A DNA stretch of 64,000 nt, from NCBI GenBank assembly GCA_965230295.1, contig OZ246001.1:2848001-2912000 (forward strand), given 5' to 3'. A program made the position numbers and the translations under genes. This document shows positions 59,146-64,000 of the stretch, piece by piece. Position 1 is the first letter of the stretch. Each line of letters opens with the position of its first letter. The notes beneath the pieces are model-generated. The model was not told where the DNA came from. It saw only the letters and a list, made by a program, of their open reading frames with translations, and searched no databases. This stretch comes from Marinicella sp. (GTDB taxonomy: Bacteria > Pseudomonadota > Gammaproteobacteria > Xanthomonadales > Marinicellaceae).

Positions 59146-59307
59146 ACTCTTTTACTCCTCAACAATGATTCAATTTCATAGTCATTCAACAGTTGTTCAT
59201 GACTAAGCGCCATACACTATATCAAATCATTTTGGATAAAAAGTAGAACCGGTCACAATTAACAGTGGTTTACATTCATTTGGCACAACTGGTGCTAGAC
59301 TACTCGG

Positions 59308-59412
59308 ATAAATTGGAAAGTGCGCGAGCACTGTTTGATTTATGTTTATTTTTCATGGATCTTAGGATCCAAATTCCCCCTTTAACCCAGGATCCTTTCC
59401 TGGGTTTTTTTT
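59308..59412 (+). ncRNA. Candidate small RNA
   Basis: Extended -10 TGcTAGACT at 59293-59301; terminator aacccagga-tcct-ttcctgggtt + T tract; no track ORF in this interval. Confidence 0.45.
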
Positions 59413-59467
59413 GACTCAAAACAGACGGCCTCATGCTATCATGTGATTTTGCCAATTGACCCCCATT

Positions 59468-61303
59468 ATGAGCCAGAAGAAACCCACCCCAATTAAGGTA
59501 TCATTGTTGTTGATTTTATCGATGATCGGCATGAACACTGTGCAGGCTGGTAATATATGTGACCAACAAACCACAGCCATTCAAGACATTCAGGGAGATC
59601 AGAAAGCCAGCACCATGCCAGGACAAAGTGTTTGGGTCAAAGGGGTCATGACCGGTGATTTTCGTGGGCCTGATTCCTTGGGTGGGTTTTTCCTGCAGAA
59701 CCCAAGTCACCACCCAAACCTGAAAAAATCATCGGGGTTGTTCATCAGTCATTCACTGACGGATACTCCGGTTAAAGCTGGAGATATGGTGTTGGTGCAG
59801 GGCGTGGTTTCTGAAGAATTTGATGTTACCCACCTCACGGAAGTTAAAGTCATCAGGGTTTGTCAGTCTGGTTTGGCTTTGCCTGAACCGGTAGCATTGC
59901 AACTTCCGATGAATCTACCACAGTTGGAAGCCACAGAAGGCATGCGTGTAACCCTGGCTCAACCCCATGTTGTGACTGATGTGTATAACTACCTCAGATT
60001 TGGTGAACTGGTCGTATCTCAAGATTTGATGTTGAGTCCTACAGCACAGTATCGGCCTGGTAGTCAGGTCAAGAAACACGCTAAATTGATCAAAAAAAGC
60101 CAATTGATCATTGATGATGGGTTACTAAGCAAATACCCTTTGAGCTCCATCAAAGGAGCCGATGGTCAGTCTGCCATCACTGCCTCCAACCCAATTCGAA
60201 TCGGACATACCATTCAGGCAACCGGCATCATGCACTATGCCTTTGGTCGTTTTAAACTGCAAGCCACCGAAGCCCTTAAACTGGGTGATGCGTTAGCCAG
60301 TAGTGCAGCCCAGCCTGACATGCCCCAAGGTGCATTGCGTGTGGGTACTTTCAACGTTGAAAATTTTTTTAACTCTTTGGATCTTAATGAAAACAAGTGT
60401 GGACCACTGAAGGATTTTGGCTGTCGCGGGGCAGACAGTAGCCAAGAATTTAAACGCCAACTGGCCAAACTGGTGGCAGTGATCAACAGCACAGATGCAT
60501 CGGTTTTGGGAATCCAGGAGTTGGAAAACAACGATGACCAATCGATCAAAGCCTTGGTGGAGGGTTTGAATGCGGCAGCTGGAGAAGCCAGGTGGGCGTA
60601 CATTGACACCGGTGCATTGGGCGAAGATGTCATTAAGGTTGGACTGATTTATCAACCCAAAATGTTGCAACCAAAAGGATCGTTCGCGTTGTTGAATCAA
60701 GCAGCAGATCCCGAATTTTTGGAACACAGAAATCGCATTGTTGTGACTCAAACCTTCGAGCATGCATCCGGACATGCGGTCAATGTGGCAACCGTACATT
60801 TCAAATCGAAAAGTTGTCGGGATGCGGTTGACCTGGATCTGGACCAAAAAGATGGTCAAAGTTGTTTCAACCCAACCCGCATTCAGGTGGCCAATCAAGT
60901 GGCCAGGTGGTTGGCCAAAGACCCAACAGGTCAAGGTGCCCAAGCGACATTTCTGGTGGGTGATTTTAATTCGTACCAAAAAGAAGATCCCATGCAGGCG
61001 CTTTGGGAACATGGCTACGTCAATACAGCAGCCCACTACCTGGGTGAAAAGAACTGGACAGCCAGTTACCGCGGTATGCTTGGTTCATTGGATTATGTAC
61101 TGGCCAATCAAGCAGCCATGAAATTGACCAAAGGCGCCAGCCAATGGCACATCAACTCAGTTTCTTCACGCGATTTTGGTTACAACCTGGAACCACTGGA
61201 TGAAGGCGTATTCAGGCCAGTCACGTATTATCAAGCAGACCCATACAGTTCATCCGATCATGATGTTGTGTTGACAGGTTTTGATTTTCCAACCAAGCAA
61301 TGA
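59468..61303 (+). CDS. ExeM/NucH-family extracellular endonuclease
   Basis: IQDIQG, GFFLQ OB region, EGMRV, FNVENFFN, QELEN, HFKSK, GDFNSY, SLDYV, SSDHD. Confidence 0.9.
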   Translation: MSQKKPTPIKVSLLLILSMIGMNTVQAGNICDQQTTAIQDIQGDQKASTMPGQSVWVKGVMTGDFRGPDSLGGFFLQNPSHHPNLKKSSGLFISHSLTDTPVKAGDMVLVQGVVSEEFDVTHLTEVKVIRVCQSGLALPEPVALQLPMNLPQLEATEGMRVTLAQPHVVTDVYNYLRFGELVVSQDLMLSPTAQYRPGSQVKKHAKLIKKSQLIIDDGLLSKYPLSSIKGADGQSAITASNPIRIGHTIQATGIMHYAFGRFKLQATEALKLGDALASSAAQPDMPQGALRVGTFNVENFFNSLDLNENKCGPLKDFGCRGADSSQEFKRQLAKLVAVINSTDASVLGIQELENNDDQSIKALVEGLNAAAGEARWAYIDTGALGEDVIKVGLIYQPKMLQPKGSFALLNQAADPEFLEHRNRIVVTQTFEHASGHAVNVATVHFKSKSCRDAVDLDLDQKDGQSCFNPTRIQVANQVARWLAKDPTGQGAQATFLVGDFNSYQKEDPMQALWEHGYVNTAAHYLGEKNWTASYRGMLGSLDYVLANQAAMKLTKGASQWHINSVSSRDFGYNLEPLDEGVFRPVTYYQADPYSSSDHDVVLTGFDFPTKQ

Positions 61304-61392
61304 TCGGACACAGTCATGACTTTTGCATGATGTAAGCAGCCGGCATGAGCATTAACATAAACACACAATCGATTGTCCACTGGAGGACTCAC

Positions 61393-64000
61393 ATGAAAAA
61401 ACTAATCACTCCTTTCATCTTGTTGGCTTTGACAGGCTGTCAAACCAAGCAACATACTCAAATTCAACCGTCATCTGATGCCCAATCTGCGAACCAATTG
61501 GTTCAGATTGCGCATGAAACCATGGTCTTGGATAATGGTTTGACGGTTATTTTGCATCAAGACACCTCAGATCCCATCGTGGCATTTTCGACCATTGTGC
61601 ATGTGGGGTCCAGCCGGGAAAAGAAAGGTCGAACTGGTTTTGCGCACTTCTTTGAACACATGTCTTTCAACGATTCAGAAAATGTACCCATGGGAGCCAA
61701 CAGAAAAATGATTCCAGAACTGGGTGGAACCAGAAATGGCGGAACTTGGAGTGATGGCACCATTTATTATGAAGTGGTACCCAAAGATGCCTTTGAAAAA
61801 TTGATGTGGATTGATTCTGATCGTTTTGGTTACATGATCAATACCGTGAAAGAAGCCACTTTAGAACGTGAAAAGCAAGTGGTTAAGAATGAGAAGCGCC
61901 AACGTGTAGACAACCGTGCCTATGGACACACTTCACACGTCATAAAAAAAGCGTTATACCCAGAATCACACCCTTATAATTGGACCGTGATTGGTGATTT
62001 GGAAGACCTGCAAAATGCCACTTTGGCTGATGTCAGAGAATTTTATGATAAATACTACACACCAGCCAATGCCACTTTAGTGATTGCTGGTGATATTGAC
62101 ATCGAAGCCACCAAAGCATCGGTTCAACGCTGGTTTGGAGAAATCAAAGCAGGACCAGCCGTGCCAGATATGGCTCCCATGCCAGTGACTTTAACTGAGA
62201 CAAAGAAGTTGTATCATTTGGATAACTTTGCTCAATTACCTGAAATCAGATTGACATTTCCCACTGTTGAACAATATCACCCAGATGCATACGCTTTGGA
62301 TGCGTTGGGAGAAATTTTGTCTTTCGGTAAACAAGCGCCGATGTTCACCACTTTGGTTGAAGAACAGAAGTTGTCATCAAGTGTTTCGGCATACAATGAT
62401 TCGGAAGAATTAACAGGTACTTTCACCCTGCGTGTCAGGGCCAATGCAGGGATTGACTTGGACGATGTCAACCAGGCCATCAATGCCTCATTAGAAAAAT
62501 TTGAAACAGAAGGTATCAGAGACAATGCCCTGACCAAGATCAAAGCCAGGCAAGAAACCAGTTTTTACAACGGAATTTCAAGTGTTTTGAATAAAGCCTA
62601 CCAATTGGGCCTGTATCAAGAGTTTACCGGTGACCCAGATTATTACTTGAAAGACATCGCCAACATCAAAGCAGTCACCAAGGGTGATGTGTTGCGTGTG
62701 TATAACAAATACATCAAAAATCAGCCTTACATCATGACCAGTTTTGTTCCCAAGGATCGGCCAGATTTAACTGTCGAAGGGTCAACTCAAGCAGCTGTTG
62801 TTGAAGAGCAAATAGTACAAGGCAAAGAAAAAGAATTTGTTGAAGATCCCAATGCAACCTTTGAAAAAACGGTGACCAAACATGACCGCTCAGAACCTCC
62901 ATTGAGTGAATTACCAGTCATGTCATCCCCTGAAATTTGGCAGGCTTCTACGAAACATGGGATTCCTATTTATGGCATTGAGCATTCAGAAGTTCCTTTG
63001 GTGCGGTTTTCATTGCGCATTCAAGGTGGGCAAGCACTGGATCAAGCCGACAAACAAGGAACAGCCTCCTTGCTGGCAGCCATGATGACTGAAGGCACTG
63101 CCAACAAAACGCCAGCTGAACTTGAAGACGCCATTGGTTTGTTGGGTTCAAGCATTTCAATCTCAGCATCCGCTACGGGTATCAATGTCACTGGTTCATC
63201 ATTGACAAGGAATTTCCCGGCAACCATAGATTTGGTGACTGAGATGTTAACCCAACCGAGGTTTGATGAGGCCGATTTTGATCGCATAAAGACACGTCGT
63301 TTGGCCACCATTAAATCTGGCTTGGGTAACCCAAATACCATTGCCAATCAAGTGTTTGCCAAGTTGTTATATGGTGAACAACATGTGGCGGGCCAAATCA
63401 TTGGTGGTAATGAAGCTCAAGTTAACAACATCACCTTAGACGATTTAAAAGCCTGGTATCAAAGTAACCTCAGCGCCAGCATGGCCACCTTTAATGTGGT
63501 GGGAGCAGTTGATGCCTCAAACGTCACAACCGCTTTGGTTGAGCTTGATAAAAAGTGGCCCCGGTTTGACGTCGATTTTCCATCATTTGAAGCGCCTGCA
63601 GCCAATGAAAAACAACAGGTGTATTTCATCGATTTTCCCGATGCCAAACAATCCGTTTTGATGGTAGGTAAAACATCAGTCACTTCTACAGATGAAGATT
63701 ACAACCGGATCAGAATTGTGAACAACAGGTTGGGAACTGGGTCCAGTGCACGATTGACCCAAACATTGCGTATCAACAAAGGGTATACCTATGGTGCTTT
63801 CTCTTATTTACAGCCCAGAAGGTATTATCCAGGTGCTTATGTAGCCACCACTCAAGTGCGCAGCAATGTGACTTTAGAATCTTTACAAATCTTACAGGAC
63901 TTGATTGGTAATTATGCCGATACATTTGAGCAAGCCGATCTGGACACCACCAAAAACTTATTGAGAAAAGGCAACACCAGAAGGTTTGAGACTTTGAATC
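61393..64000 (+). CDS. M16-family zinc protease lipoprotein, runs off window end
   Basis: Manually translated (absent from track): GGAGG RBS, MKKLITPFILLALTG-C lipobox, LDNGLTV, GRTGFAHFFEH (HxxEH), HPYNW, KGYTYG. Confidence 0.92.
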   Translation, partial: MKKLITPFILLALTGCQTKQHTQIQPSSDAQSANQLVQIAHETMVLDNGLTVILHQDTSDPIVAFSTIVHVGSSREKKGRTGFAHFFEHMSFNDSENVPMGANRKMIPELGGTRNGGTWSDGTIYYEVVPKDAFEKLMWIDSDRFGYMINTVKEATLEREKQVVKNEKRQRVDNRAYGHTSHVIKKALYPESHPYNWTVIGDLEDLQNATLADVREFYDKYYTPANATLVIAGDIDIEATKASVQRWFGEIKAGPAVPDMAPMPVTLTETKKLYHLDNFAQLPEIRLTFPTVEQYHPDAYALDALGEILSFGKQAPMFTTLVEEQKLSSSVSAYNDSEELTGTFTLRVRANAGIDLDDVNQAINASLEKFETEGIRDNALTKIKARQETSFYNGISSVLNKAYQLGLYQEFTGDPDYYLKDIANIKAVTKGDVLRVYNKYIKNQPYIMTSFVPKDRPDLTVEGSTQAAVVEEQIVQGKEKEFVEDPNATFEKTVTKHDRSEPPLSELPVMSSPEIWQASTKHGIPIYGIEHSEVPLVRFSLRIQGGQALDQADKQGTASLLAAMMTEGTANKTPAELEDAIGLLGSSISISASATGINVTGSSLTRNFPATIDLVTEMLTQPRFDEADFDRIKTRRLATIKSGLGNPNTIANQVFAKLLYGEQHVAGQIIGGNEAQVNNITLDDLKAWYQSNLSASMATFNVVGAVDASNVTTALVELDKKWPRFDVDFPSFEAPAANEKQQVYFIDFPDAKQSVLMVGKTSVTSTDEDYNRIRIVNNRLGTGSSARLTQTLRINKGYTYGAFSYLQPRRYYPGAYVATTQVRSNVTLESLQILQDLIGNYADTFEQADLDTTKNLLRKGNTRRFETLN

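Overview
Chromosomal window of an AT-rich marine gammaproteobacterium. Gene content and the D-x-I-F-x-x-[GS]-F-E C-terminal tags suggest a Marinicella/Lysobacterales-like organism (inference). Most of it is housekeeping and envelope genes: acetoacetate-CoA ligase, a DUF6502/DUF5666-like pair, ada-alkA/ogt, alpha-2-macroglobulin + pbpC, two ECF sigma modules, tRNA-Leu(CAA), dps, rnd, tyrA, sucAB-lpdA, a GGDEF protein, a two-component pair, OmpA, comEC-lolD-lolC/E, an ExeM-like nuclease and an M16 peptidase. I saw no transposase, integrase, phage gene or CRISPR. The most unusual signal is non-coding. A 6x104-bp tandem array sits at the lpdA 3' end, and two long intergenic elements lie at about 7.2-7.6 kb and 26.8-27.4 kb, with a fragment at 48.3 kb. 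The array and the two long elements all contain the same co-varying hairpin, stem-GGT-[stem-loop]-GAA-stem. The long elements also carry CsrA-consensus GGA hairpins on the opposite strand. Other points of interest are two non-canonical type IV pilin-head proteins, an ECF sigma/Ser-Thr kinase/FG-GAP module, a four-repeat Cys-rich lipoprotein, an orphan Imm7-like protein, a 48-aa small ORF missed by the track, and an sRNA candidate. All family assignments come from reading motifs by eye; no searches were run.
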